Assembly: GCA_035326705.1 (NCBI GenBank)
Contig: DAOLES010000002.1
Coordinates: 58,307-122,306, forward strand
Length of the DNA: 64,000 nt
Direction: 5' to 3'
From: Oligoflexia bacterium
Lineage (GTDB): Bacteria > Bdellovibrionota_G > JALEGL01
A program made the translations under genes and the position numbers. Each line of letters begins with the position of its first letter. Positions within the stretch are counted from its first letter, which is position 1. The notes under the pieces were generated by a model. The model was not told the origin of the DNA. It was given only the letters and a program-made list of their open reading frames with translations, and did no database searches. Shown here piece after piece: positions 39,312-49,347 of the stretch.

Positions 39312-40229
39312 ATGACGATAGCATATTATCCAATAGGACAGCCTGGAAAAGCTTGGGGTGATGTTGAGAAAAAACAGTGGTTTGAACTGCAATCAATCAA
39401 ACGATCTTACCATGAAGATGTTGTTATTCCTCTTCAGAGCATCGCAAAAGATGGCCTTACTTTACAGGAGTTTGGTTGTTTAGAGTATGGTTTTAATCAA
39501 TACTCGCAATTTCTTTTGAAAAACAAGAAATTGGCAAAGGATAAGCCGCATGTTTTAATCACAGGGGGTGTTCATGGTTATGAAACAAGTGGTGTGCATG
39601 GAGTTATTCGTTTTATACAAGACTATATTCACCAGTATTTAGACCAATATAATTTTTTAATATTTCCCTGCATCAGCCCATGGAGTTATGAAACGATTAA
39701 TCGTTGGAATCCAGAGGCAATAGATCCTAACCGCTCATTTTATGAAGAAAGTCCTGCTCAAGAGTGTCGTTCTGTTATGCAAGTTGTGAAAGAGTATGGT
39801 CAAAATATTCTAGTACATTTTGATTTACATGAAACCACAGATACCGATGCAACCGAGTTTACACCAGCTTTGGCGGCAAGAGATGGAAAAATAATACAAC
39901 GAGACATAGTACCCGATGGGTTTTATTTGGTTGCTGACCGGGAAAATTATTGCCCAAAATTCCATAAAGCTATCATTGATCAGGTTAGAACGGTTACCCA
40001 TATCGCTAAAGCTGATCAGCAGGGAAATATTTTAGATGTTGAAGTTGATCAAGAGGGGGTAATACAATATGAAGCCAGAAAATTGCATTTATGCTCTGCC
40101 ATGAGTCAACCTCAATATTCAACGACCACAGAAGTATACCCGGATAGTCCTAAGGTTAATGCTGAGAATTGTATTTTGGCGCAAGTGATGGCAATTATAG
40201 GTGGCTTAGAGTACTTATTGAAGCTGTAG
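39312..40229 (+). CDS. succinylglutamate desuccinylase/aspartoacylase (AstE/AspA, M14-like) family zinc hydrolase
   Basis: 305 aa. ITGGVHGYETSG (GG.HG.E..G motif) and downstream DLHE zinc-ligand motif. Confidence 0.6.
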   Translation: MTIAYYPIGQPGKAWGDVEKKQWFELQSIKRSYHEDVVIPLQSIAKDGLTLQEFGCLEYGFNQYSQFLLKNKKLAKDKPHVLITGGVHGYETSGVHGVIRFIQDYIHQYLDQYNFLIFPCISPWSYETINRWNPEAIDPNRSFYEESPAQECRSVMQVVKEYGQNILVHFDLHETTDTDATEFTPALAARDGKIIQRDIVPDGFYLVADRENYCPKFHKAIIDQVRTVTHIAKADQQGNILDVEVDQEGVIQYEARKLHLCSAMSQPQYSTTTEVYPDSPKVNAENCILAQVMAIIGGLEYLLKL

Positions 40230-41054
40230 CGGAAGCTTAAACAAGTTCACTGTGTTATTAAAGGTATGTCGAGCTAAATTTTCTCTGCTCAAACCTTTTA
40301 ACGCTGCAATATGGTCTAATACTTTTACAGTGTATGCCGGTTCATTGCGTTTTCCTCTAAAAGGCACGGGTGCAAGAAAAGGACTATCGGTTTCAATTAA
40401 TATTCTATCCATAGGAACATATTTTGCTGCATCTTGTACATCCTGAGCTTTATTAAAAGTAACAATCCCAGAAAAAGAAATGTAAGCCCCAAGGTCTAAA
40501 AATTTTTTTGCTTCGGCTTTATTAGAAGAAAAACAATGAATAACTCCGCCGTGTTGATTAAAAATATCATGATTTTTACACAAGACAAAGGTATCATCAA
40601 AAGCATCTCGAGTATGAACACAGATGGGTTTGCTTTGTTCTTTTGCAAGGTTAAGCAATTGATCAAAACAATGGGTTTGAATCTTTTTAGGAGAGTTTTC
40701 ATAGTAATAATCTAAACCTATTTCACCAACAGCATAGAATTTATAATTTTTAAAAAAGCTTTTTAAAGTTTGTAGCGCGTCAAAGTTAAAAAGTTTAGCA
40801 TCATGCGGGTGAATTCCTAATGTTGGAAACATGAAATCCTTATGTTGTTTTGTCAAATCAAGACTGGTGACTATATCATTCTTGTTGGGACCCATGATAA
40901 TTTGAAGCATGGCGCAAACACCAGCATTTTTAGCACGATCAACAGCACCTCTAACATCATCTTTAAAGGCATCTTGATCTAGATGAGCATGTGAATCAAT
41001 AACTGAAAATGAAGGAGGGGTTGTTATTGGGCCAAGTTCCATAATTTTTTCCAA
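40215..41054 (-). CDS. tatD: TatD-family metal-dependent DNase/hydrolase
   Basis: N-terminal DSHAHL, internal GEIGLD and ETD motifs. True start probably the ATG at 41042 (MELGP...). Confidence 0.85.
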   Translation of the reverse strand: MEKIMELGPITTPPSFSVIDSHAHLDQDAFKDDVRGAVDRAKNAGVCAMLQIIMGPNKNDIVTSLDLTKQHKDFMFPTLGIHPHDAKLFNFDALQTLKSFFKNYKFYAVGEIGLDYYYENSPKKIQTHCFDQLLNLAKEQSKPICVHTRDAFDDTFVLCKNHDIFNQHGGVIHCFSSNKAEAKKFLDLGAYISFSGIVTFNKAQDVQDAAKYVPMDRILIETDSPFLAPVPFRGKRNEPAYTVKVLDHIAALKGLSRENLARHTFNNTVNLFKLPLQLQ

Positions 41055-41857
41055 TCAATTAATAAGCGTTCAATCCAAAGTTGTGCATTGCCATAGCGGT
41101 TAAGTACCTGCGATTCTGCATGTTTAAGTAAGGTATGAAAGTTTTCCATACGATTTAAATGTAAGAAGTAATTTTTTTGTGCCTCATGCATATAAAGTTT
41201 AAGAAAAACTTTATAAAATTGATCAAAGAAAAAGTGATGTTCCTCTTTTTGTTTAGCAATAGATTTTGAAAAATTAAAAATTTTCTCCAAGGCAGTATGA
41301 TTTTTTTGTTGTAGAAGTTCATTAAGCTCATTAGACCAAGCAGGGGGTTCAACAGGGTTCTTAGCGTTTAGCGCTTCATCTTGAATATGGCATTTAAGGC
41401 TACGAGACAGTATGGTGCGTAACAGTCGATTTTGGTTTTCTGTCCATAAAATAATATGAGCAAAAGTTGGGGGTTCCTCCATGCTTTTTAATAAAGCATT
41501 AGAAGAAGAAGCGTTAAGACGGTGGGCATTGTGGATATGTAAAACTTTTTTATTTTGTTCATGTGGAGATATATTTAACCAACGCAACATGTTTTTAATG
41601 TCATCTAAAGGGATTTCATTTTTTTCTGGTTGGTAGATATAAACATCTGGGTAATTGCCATGTTCAATTTTTTGGCAAGATGGGCATTGAAGGCAAGCAT
41701 TAACACCAGCCAAGTTTTGGCAAAATAGATTTTGAGATAGGTTTTTTGCCATTAATAATCTTTGTTGGGAAGAATCACAGGATACGCTGATGGCTTGCAC
41801 CAATCGATTTTGTGAAAAGAGCTCTACAATACGTTTTAAGAAAAATTCTGATTTCAT
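41024..41857 (-). CDS. holB: DNA polymerase III delta-prime subunit
   Basis: 277 aa. Zinc module C..C...CQCPSC, SRC-like motif ILSRS; sits between tmk and tatD as in many bacteria. Confidence 0.7.
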   Translation of the reverse strand: MKSEFFLKRIVELFSQNRLVQAISVSCDSSQQRLLMAKNLSQNLFCQNLAGVNACLQCPSCQKIEHGNYPDVYIYQPEKNEIPLDDIKNMLRWLNISPHEQNKKVLHIHNAHRLNASSSNALLKSMEEPPTFAHIILWTENQNRLLRTILSRSLKCHIQDEALNAKNPVEPPAWSNELNELLQQKNHTALEKIFNFSKSIAKQKEEHHFFFDQFYKVFLKLYMHEAQKNYFLHLNRMENFHTLLKHAESQVLNRYGNAQLWIERLLIDWKKLWNLAQ

Positions 41858-42492
41858 TGCTTGAGCCCAAGCATTTTAAGAATTTCAGCATGCAGTTGCG
41901 AAATGCTTTGATTGGCATTTAATGTTGTAAAAAGTTCGTTGGTTTTTGCAAGAGACAAAAAACCCTGTCTAACTCTTTGATGAAAATCTAGCGCTTCATT
42001 CTCAAAACGATCTTCACGATGACCTTTTTGTTGCTGGGCTAAGCGATCAAGAGAACGTTGAATGCCTAAAGCAGGTTCAGCATCAAGCAGTATCACTTGA
42101 TCAGGTAGAGTATTGTCAGTTGCCAATTGATTGAGCATATTAACAGTATCTAAGTCTAAGCCGCATGCATAACCTTGATATGCTAAAGATGAATAAATAT
42201 AACGATCACAGATGATGTAATCAGCAAGCTTCAATTGAGGTTTGATGACTTTTTCAACATGTTCTTTGCGTGCTGCTTCAATTAAAAAAAGTTCAGTTAA
42301 GGGCAACATAGAGCCTTTACCAGAACGAACAATACATTTTCTTATTTCATCAGCCTGTGGAGTGCCTCCAGGCTCGCGGGTAGATACAACGTTTTTTCCT
42401 TGTGATTGAAGAAAATCACATAATAATTTAACCTGGGTGCTTTTTCCAACACCCTCAATACCCTCAAAAACAATAAACGTTGCTTTTTTCAA
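41854..42492 (-). CDS. tmk: thymidylate kinase
   Basis: P-loop FIVFEGIEGVGKST, DRY motif, LID region. Confidence 0.9.
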   Translation of the reverse strand: MKKATFIVFEGIEGVGKSTQVKLLCDFLQSQGKNVVSTREPGGTPQADEIRKCIVRSGKGSMLPLTELFLIEAARKEHVEKVIKPQLKLADYIICDRYIYSSLAYQGYACGLDLDTVNMLNQLATDNTLPDQVILLDAEPALGIQRSLDRLAQQQKGHREDRFENEALDFHQRVRQGFLSLAKTNELFTTLNANQSISQLHAEILKMLGLKQ

Positions 42493-42532
42493 AAGTGAAA
42501 TAAAGTGGTTAAATCGAGTTTAGCAATTAAAC

Positions 42533-42661
42533 TTAGGCATCCAAAAGTTTTTTAAGCGAGGGTGTAGACCCTTCAATGCGTCTTAGTCTTTTGCCTTCTT
42601 TGCCTTGAGTTCTGATTTTTCTTTTTCTAACTTTTTTCGTTCTTCTGTATGCTGCTGCCAT
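42533..42661 (-). CDS. very small highly basic ORF (42 aa, MAAAYRRTKKVRKRKIRTQGKEGKRLRR...)
   Basis: Below the ORF-track length cutoff; found by eye in the 187-bp gap between rlpA and tmk on the same strand. No RBS evident. Confidence 0.2.
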   Translation of the reverse strand: MAAAYRRTKKVRKRKIRTQGKEGKRLRRIEGSTPSLKKLLDA

Positions 42662-42679
42662 AATGCATGCAGCTATATG

Positions 42680-43351
42680 CTATTTTTTTGGATTATGCAA
42701 GACCAAGCCATCGTGTCCATAGGATTTTATTTTTGCCAGCTCCTGCTCTGCCAGAGCCCGATCTGAAAATGGTCCAGAACATACTCTGTAACGTTTTTTT
42801 GGGGCAGAAACAATGCTTAAGCTATTGGAAATATTTTGTTTTTTTAGTTTATTTAAGAAGCTTTTAGCATTGTCATGGACAGTAAAATAACCCAGTTGAA
42901 CCCAATATTGGTTGGGGTAGGTGTTATCAACAAAAGGCTCGGTTTTACCTTTTATGACAGTCATTCTGACCTTACTAACCCCGTCTTGATCAAGGCCTAG
43001 TTTTTTTGCAGCCTTGTACGACACATCAATAATTCTGCCTTCAATAAAAGGACCTCGATCATTGATAATAACGTTAACGGATGCGCCTGTATCTAAGCGT
43101 TTAACCTTAACCTCGCTACCAAAAGGCAAAGATTTATGGGCAGCCGTTAACTTATGCATGTTGTATGTCTCACCTGAAGCAGTTTTTTTACCATGAAAGC
43201 CTGGACCATACCATGAAGCATAACCGACTTGGCTGTTCTGAGCATTGGGTTCAATATGTTGAATTGGTCTATGTCCGCAAGCGGTACTAAAAAGAGTTAA
43301 ACTGAGCAGTAAGAATTTAAATAAATTTGGATTTTGGTTTTTTATGAACAT
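42680..43351 (-). CDS. rlpA: septal ring lytic transglycosylase RlpA (DPBB domain + C-terminal SPOR domain)
   Basis: 223 aa. Lipoprotein signal (LFSTACG), double-psi beta-barrel motifs (ASWYG..FHG..TASGE, AAH..LPFG), C-terminal SPOR-like region. Confidence 0.8.
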   Translation of the reverse strand: MFIKNQNPNLFKFLLLSLTLFSTACGHRPIQHIEPNAQNSQVGYASWYGPGFHGKKTASGETYNMHKLTAAHKSLPFGSEVKVKRLDTGASVNVIINDRGPFIEGRIIDVSYKAAKKLGLDQDGVSKVRMTVIKGKTEPFVDNTYPNQYWVQLGYFTVHDNAKSFLNKLKKQNISNSLSIVSAPKKRYRVCSGPFSDRALAEQELAKIKSYGHDGLVLHNPKK

Positions 43352-43653
43352 GATTATAGGACAATCTTAACTGAGAATAAAAAGAATGCGTAATTTATCC
43401 TGGATTTGAGTGGTTTTTTTAACTTAGGAATAAGTATAAGACTTGAGTTACTTTTATATACAAAGCACTAAAAAATTTATAATTGATCAAGAATATATTA
43501 AAGCCTAAGTGACTGTATTTTTTCTTCTAAAATGTTAAAGAGGTCAATATACTTAAGTGGATCATGCAAGGAAAGTTGTAATTTTTTCATAGTCACTGTA
43601 TGTTAGGGGTGTATATATCTTTGGCATTATCATCTATCTGAGGAGGTTTCTTC

Positions 43654-44091
43654 ATGCCAAAAGCAGATTCAGTTCATAGAGTCATTGCAAAATTTATTGA
43701 TTTTCTTATTGTAGGCTTTGTTAGCAGTATGTCGCCATTTTTTGGGTCTTTAGCAGGGGCTATTTACATCATGATTGGAGATGGCTTTTTTAATGGGCAA
43801 AGCGTTGGGAAAAAGTTTTTAAAATTACAAGTCAAAGTGATTGATGAAGAAAGAGAAATGCGTCCATGTGGATTTAAAGATTCTATTATTAGGAACTTGC
43901 CATTTTCTGTTTTTATTGTATTGCACGGTATACCAGTCATTGGAGTTGTTTTTCTGTTTTTAGGGATTGTTTTTTGTGCTTTAGAACTTTATTTTGTTTT
44001 AAATGATCATAAGGGTATTCGAGTTGGTGATATCTATGCGGAAACACAAGTGGTCAATGAAGAAAAAAATAATTTGGAAGTCAGTGTCTAA
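43654..44091 (+). CDS. RDD-family membrane protein
   Basis: 145 aa. R..A..ID..I motif, 2-3 TM helices; strong SD (GAGGAGG) upstream. Confidence 0.5.
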   Translation: MPKADSVHRVIAKFIDFLIVGFVSSMSPFFGSLAGAIYIMIGDGFFNGQSVGKKFLKLQVKVIDEEREMRPCGFKDSIIRNLPFSVFIVLHGIPVIGVVFLFLGIVFCALELYFVLNDHKGIRVGDIYAETQVVNEEKNNLEVSV

Positions 44092-44120
44092 CACTTTAAC
44101 AGTTAAATGTTAACCCAGCC

Positions 44121-44909
44121 ATGATAGCGCCAGAGTCAGAAGATATTGATTATATTGTTGAAGAAAATGAAAAAATTATCAATGCACCGTTAAAAGCTGC
44201 TTTTTTAGGTTTGTTCATCTTTGGTGCTGGTTATTTAACGGTTAAAAAATACGTACTGGCTGTATTAAGTTTTATTGTTTTAACGGTATTAAGTTTGTGT
44301 TTATTAGATGGTGCCAGTGTTATTGATTTAGGTTGGATAGAGGATCTCAACGCTTTGGTAGGACAACAGCAGATGTTTGTTGTTTATTGTTTGACCGCCA
44401 TGTTGTTTGTATTTTTATGGTGGGTGTCTATTATTTTCCCAGTTGATATGTCTAGGCCAATGTTTTTTTATCAAGATGTTTCACATAGGACATTGTTTTA
44501 CATTTGGTTTTTGCCTTTTTTACCCTACTATTGGCAAGGTAAGTTTAAACGAGGGCATGCTATTGGCTTAGGATTTTTATTATTTCCTGCCTGTTTACTC
44601 ATTCTCAATATGTTTTATACCTCGTCAGATCATATTTGGTTAAATAACACTAATGAAAGATTAATGGCGTATACATGGTTGGTATTGTTGGCCAGTATTT
44701 TTTTGATGCTGGTGTCATGGATTTCAAATGCATTAGAAGTTTTACAGATTTACTACAGCCATATAGAAAAAGTAAAAAATTATCGTTGGATTGTTAGTGG
44801 GGTGTTGTTTATGCTGCTGATGTTAGCAGCAGTCTATTTATTAAAAGACTCTCAACAATTCATGGATACACAAGACGCAATTATTGATTTTATTAATCTT
44901 ATTAAATAA
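44121..44909 (+). CDS. integral membrane hypothetical protein
   Basis: 262 aa, ~6 TM helices. Confidence 0.4.
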   Translation: MIAPESEDIDYIVEENEKIINAPLKAAFLGLFIFGAGYLTVKKYVLAVLSFIVLTVLSLCLLDGASVIDLGWIEDLNALVGQQQMFVVYCLTAMLFVFLWWVSIIFPVDMSRPMFFYQDVSHRTLFYIWFLPFLPYYWQGKFKRGHAIGLGFLLFPACLLILNMFYTSSDHIWLNNTNERLMAYTWLVLLASIFLMLVSWISNALEVLQIYYSHIEKVKNYRWIVSGVLFMLLMLAAVYLLKDSQQFMDTQDAIIDFINLIK

Positions 44910-44934
44910 ATAATGCGTCTTAAGGTTTTTTGTT

Positions 44935-46590
44935 TTAAGACTTAATCGGTTTAATCTTAATGGTATTACCCGGGTAAAGGGTAATGTTGTTTTGGTTGAG
45001 GTCGTTCCATTCTAAAACATCGTTGACGTTTGTTCCATGTTCTCGCGCTATAGACCATAAGGAGTCACCTTGTTTAACTTGATAATAAATCCATTGACCT
45101 CCGTTACTATCATTTTGTGCAGTTTGTTTTTGCCCTGAAACAACACCTGGAGATTGGACATAAATGTTTTGTCCAATTTGAACGGTTCTTGAGTTTTGAA
45201 TATCGTTCCATTGTCTAAGTTGACTTACAGAAACACTAAATTTGCGTGAAATTGACCATAAGGAGTCACCTGATTTAACTTTGTACTGACCTGATGCTGG
45301 AACTTGTCTTTGTGCGTTTGAGGTTACTGAAGATGATTTTTTTGCTGATGTTTGTGATCCTGAGTAAACACTTCCGCGTTTTTGTGGGATGACCAAAAGC
45401 TGGCCAGCTCTTATTCGGGTAGAGTTCATATTATTGATGCGCATGATACTTCTGTAAGGTACTCGGTACTTTCTGGCAATGGTAGATAAAGCTTCACCAC
45501 TACGAACACGATGCTTGGTGACCAAGTCTACAGTGTGTTTATTTATTTTTGGTAAAGCTTCTTCAAAAGCCAGCTCCATGCCCATGGGGATTTTTAGTTC
45601 ATAGTTAGGGTATTTTGGTGGCGTAACGCCTCTAAGTAGTTCAGGATTTAAGTCATGTAAAGTGCTTGTCGGTATATTTAAGTACTTAGCAATAACAGAG
45701 AGTTCTGTGGGTTTTTGAATAATAACTTTTGAGTATTGTAGAGGCTCTTGATATTCAATATCTGTAAAACCGTATTTTTCAGGTTCTTTAGCAATAATGG
45801 CAGCAGCAATCATTTTTGGCACATAATTCTTGGTTTCTGGTTTTAAATATCTAAAACGTGACATTTCCCAAAAATCATTGGTGTCATAGCGTTTGATGGC
45901 GCGTAGGATTTTAAATTCTCCAGCATTGTAGCCGGCAGCAGCCAAGTACCAATGATCAAACATATTATAAAGGTCTTTTAAATATTGTGCGGCAGCCAGA
46001 GACGATTTTTCTGCGTCTCTACGCTCATCAATCCACCAATTGGACTTTAAACCATAACGTCTACCTGTACCACTAATGAATTGCCATAGGCCACTGGCAT
46101 GGGCATGAGAATAAGCACTAGGATGATAGCCACTTTCTATCATTGATAGATAAACCAAATCCAAAGGTAAGCCATTTTCAGCCAGTATTTTTTTCATCAT
46201 AGGGATGTATTTACCAGAACGGGACAGCCATCTTGCATAAGATTTTCTGCCTCTACCTTGAAAATAATCCATCCATTTTTCTACCTTATCATTCATGACA
46301 ACGGGAATATCAAATTCTGGTTGCTTTTGTTTGGTCTGTTTTTTATTTTTTTTACTATCAGAGTCTTTATCTTGCTCTTGTATAGGGTCAGTCTGGGGCT
46401 TTTCTGCTTCAAAAAAAGCGCTTACTTCATTTTGTCCAGATATTTGAGCAGAAGATACATCGTGTGGTTTTTTTTGTGTACAAGAACTAACAATGACAGT
46501 TACAATAAACGTTATGCAAAAGAGAAAATTTTTTTTAAAATCCATTATATTTACCTTAAAACCTACAGTTGAATAAAAAAATACAGACAT
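44935..46590 (-). CDS. mltD: membrane-bound lytic murein transglycosylase D-like protein with C-terminal LysM repeats
   Basis: 551 aa. SLT catalytic region (ESGYHP..S.A.A.GLWQF), then three LysM repeats (GDSLW/TIAR... patterns). Confidence 0.8.
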   Translation of the reverse strand: MSVFFYSTVGFKVNIMDFKKNFLFCITFIVTVIVSSCTQKKPHDVSSAQISGQNEVSAFFEAEKPQTDPIQEQDKDSDSKKNKKQTKQKQPEFDIPVVMNDKVEKWMDYFQGRGRKSYARWLSRSGKYIPMMKKILAENGLPLDLVYLSMIESGYHPSAYSHAHASGLWQFISGTGRRYGLKSNWWIDERRDAEKSSLAAAQYLKDLYNMFDHWYLAAAGYNAGEFKILRAIKRYDTNDFWEMSRFRYLKPETKNYVPKMIAAAIIAKEPEKYGFTDIEYQEPLQYSKVIIQKPTELSVIAKYLNIPTSTLHDLNPELLRGVTPPKYPNYELKIPMGMELAFEEALPKINKHTVDLVTKHRVRSGEALSTIARKYRVPYRSIMRINNMNSTRIRAGQLLVIPQKRGSVYSGSQTSAKKSSSVTSNAQRQVPASGQYKVKSGDSLWSISRKFSVSVSQLRQWNDIQNSRTVQIGQNIYVQSPGVVSGQKQTAQNDSNGGQWIYYQVKQGDSLWSIAREHGTNVNDVLEWNDLNQNNITLYPGNTIKIKPIKS

Positions 46591-46620
46591 TTTATGACTG
46601 TTGAACTTCTAGAGTAGTGC

Positions 46621-49347
46621 ATGTACTATTTTTTCAAAAGAAAAAAATCTTTTCAAGGATTTTTTGTCTATAAATGGGTTTTTTTATGGAGTATTTTGTT
46701 GTATGCAGAGATTTATGCCAATACATGTCTGCAAACAAACTATAGTTTAAAGCTGGTGCAAAAAAAAACCAATCATTTTGAATTGGATACACAAATCAAA
46801 ATAACAGCACCAGATGCTTGGAGAAAAAATAGTTTAAGCTTTGCTTTTTATCCTAAACGTTATCAAGAAAAATTACCTTACTTGCATGATCTTAATTATC
46901 ATAGAATTTATCCAAAAGGTTTTAAAGTCAGCAGTAGTCAAATTCATTTTGTTGAACTCAATGGGAAAATAAAAAAAATTATTTGGGAAGAAGAGGGAAA
47001 TAAGCGCATCAAACAAACTTTATTTAAAATAGATCTTAACCCAGATGAAATTGAATATTTGAATCAAGGCAACAGCCTTAATCTTGTTATAAAAGCAACT
47101 TTAAATTTACCACAAAAATTTGGCGCCTTTGGTTATTATCGTAAGCATGTAGCATTGCAAAATGCTTGGTATCCGTATCTTTATGATACCTGTGCTACCA
47201 AAACGGATCAAACGGATTATCTCCCGCAGCAATCTGCATTGACAGTTACTGTAGAAAGCAAGCACGCAACAATTATTAATGGGCAGTACTTTAAAAATAA
47301 AAGTGATAAAAAAACGGTTACTTTAGATCAAACAGGTGATTTAAGTTTACGCTTAGGACCAAGAATCAGAGAAAAACCATTTAAACATACCCCATGGCTG
47401 AAGCTTTATCACTATAAACATCTTAACGCATCTTACTTAGAATCAATGCAATCTTTGGCTCTTCAGTGGCAAAGTTTTGTGCAAGAAAAACCTGGGCTTA
47501 ATTTGCCAAAAAATATTTATATGGTTGAGACGCCTATGCGTAGATTTTTGGTCAAAAAAACAGAATCTATGGCATTTGTTTCTGATCGTTTGTTTCAACT
47601 CAATGGCTATTTACACAAGTATCATTATATACCTGTTGTACAAGCTTGGTTTTATCAGATGTTTGCGCAAAAAGTCCAAGCTAATGAATCTACTTCAGAA
47701 AGTCGTTGGGTTACGGATGCTTTGGCTTGGTATTGGACACATGAATTTTTAAAAAGTTTACAGTTTAAACATATGGATGCACGTAAGATGCCTCTTTTAA
47801 AAATGTTTAGTTTTTTACCGGTGGTAGATTTAATTATTTATTCACCTCAGTTTGCTTTTGTAGATACTTTTTATAACAACCCATATCCATGGGACTACAA
47901 TCGTGATGACCCCGTTCATTTTTATGATGATAGAACTTGGGGTAGAAGCTTGGTGGAAAAAATGAATGATTGGTTGGGGCAAGAAAAAACAGCCAAGATT
48001 TTTCAAGACTATTTAAGTCAATCCAAAAGTTTAAAGTTAATGGCTAAAGAGGTATATGAAGGTGATATTGAAGAAGCTTATCAGCAATGGCAATTTAGAC
48101 CGCCATCAGCCAATTATAAAATCAGTAAAGTCAAAAGTAAAAAGGTGGCCAAGAATCAATATCAACATCATATTATTTTTAGCAAAGAGTCTAAAAAAAC
48201 GTTTAAAGAGCCGGTTGAGATATTAGCAGTTGATAAACAAGGGCAGGCTTTTAAATTTAAATGGTTTGATGAAAAAGAAGCTTATAAAGTTGATTTTACA
48301 TCCAATGCCAAGCTCAAAAAAACATACATAGATCCAAGATCAAGATTATCTGAATGGCAACGCCATGATAATACAAAACCTGCACCCTATAAATTTGTTC
48401 TAGAGCAAATGCTTTTGGATTATGATGTCAATGAAAATGTCCCACTTATTTTTTTAGGAGGGGTGTTGCGTAAAAAGTTAGGGGGATACAATCGTTATCG
48501 GGTCAGTGGCTATTATTTAGGAGAAAGTTATGGTGTTGGGTTAGGTTACACACGGCTTTTTGGCCGGGCAGTAGATGGTCTAAGGTTGAGTCACGGAGCC
48601 TCTATCACAGCTAATTTTTCTAGAGTTACCCAAGACAATGTTTTGACCGATAGTGGAACTTTGGTGGATTTAACACCTGCCAGTGATGTCAGTAGTATTG
48701 GCTTAAGTTATTTCTTTGGCAATCAATTGTCTTTTACCAATCCATTATCAGGCGGTGGTGGAGCATTTTCTGTCAAATGGGGCAGTTCAGCCTTATGGGC
48801 AGATCATGACTATATTAATGCTAGCCATGCAGCTTCATGGGTCTTTCCTTTGTATACGATTAATCATTTATTAGCGTTTCGCTATAATCTTAGTATTAAC
48901 TCTAAAGGCATTCCTAGCCAAATTCAACCTAGGCTTGGTGGGGTGACTGCCATTAAAGGGATATCATTTAATGATGAAGCGTTTCAGGGCAGGTACCAGT
49001 TGTTAACCAGCGCTGAATACAGGCATTTTTTATTGCAAGACATTGATATCAATCTTGGCTTATTTAGAATCAGGGATATTCAAGGGGCATTTGGTTTAGA
49101 TGCAGGGCATGTGACCGCCACGGTTCAGGAGCAAGCAGAACAGATTGTTAATTCAGGAGCACAAAGAACAGGCTTTAAAGATTTATGGAAAGTGCAAGAT
49201 TTTACGTATGGAGCCAACTATGGCTTGAGGTTTCACATTGATTACTTTGGCGTTAACCCATCTGTGATTCGTTTTGATGCTGCTAGAACATTGGATAATC
49301 AGCATGGAGGCATAAAGTTTTATTTAGGATTTGATCAGAGTTTCTAA
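46621..49347 (+). CDS. Omp85/BamA-family-like outer-membrane protein with large N-terminal domain
   Basis: 908 aa, signal peptide. C-terminal ~350 aa show surface-antigen D15-type beta-barrel features (LGGVTAIKG.. VRGY-like motif, alternating strands, terminal ...FYLGFDQSF). The N-terminal ~500 aa are not obviously POTRA-like. Confidence 0.45.
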   Translation: MYYFFKRKKSFQGFFVYKWVFLWSILLYAEIYANTCLQTNYSLKLVQKKTNHFELDTQIKITAPDAWRKNSLSFAFYPKRYQEKLPYLHDLNYHRIYPKGFKVSSSQIHFVELNGKIKKIIWEEEGNKRIKQTLFKIDLNPDEIEYLNQGNSLNLVIKATLNLPQKFGAFGYYRKHVALQNAWYPYLYDTCATKTDQTDYLPQQSALTVTVESKHATIINGQYFKNKSDKKTVTLDQTGDLSLRLGPRIREKPFKHTPWLKLYHYKHLNASYLESMQSLALQWQSFVQEKPGLNLPKNIYMVETPMRRFLVKKTESMAFVSDRLFQLNGYLHKYHYIPVVQAWFYQMFAQKVQANESTSESRWVTDALAWYWTHEFLKSLQFKHMDARKMPLLKMFSFLPVVDLIIYSPQFAFVDTFYNNPYPWDYNRDDPVHFYDDRTWGRSLVEKMNDWLGQEKTAKIFQDYLSQSKSLKLMAKEVYEGDIEEAYQQWQFRPPSANYKISKVKSKKVAKNQYQHHIIFSKESKKTFKEPVEILAVDKQGQAFKFKWFDEKEAYKVDFTSNAKLKKTYIDPRSRLSEWQRHDNTKPAPYKFVLEQMLLDYDVNENVPLIFLGGVLRKKLGGYNRYRVSGYYLGESYGVGLGYTRLFGRAVDGLRLSHGASITANFSRVTQDNVLTDSGTLVDLTPASDVSSIGLSYFFGNQLSFTNPLSGGGGAFSVKWGSSALWADHDYINASHAASWVFPLYTINHLLAFRYNLSINSKGIPSQIQPRLGGVTAIKGISFNDEAFQGRYQLLTSAEYRHFLLQDIDINLGLFRIRDIQGAFGLDAGHVTATVQEQAEQIVNSGAQRTGFKDLWKVQDFTYGANYGLRFHIDYFGVNPSVIRFDAARTLDNQHGGIKFYLGFDQSF

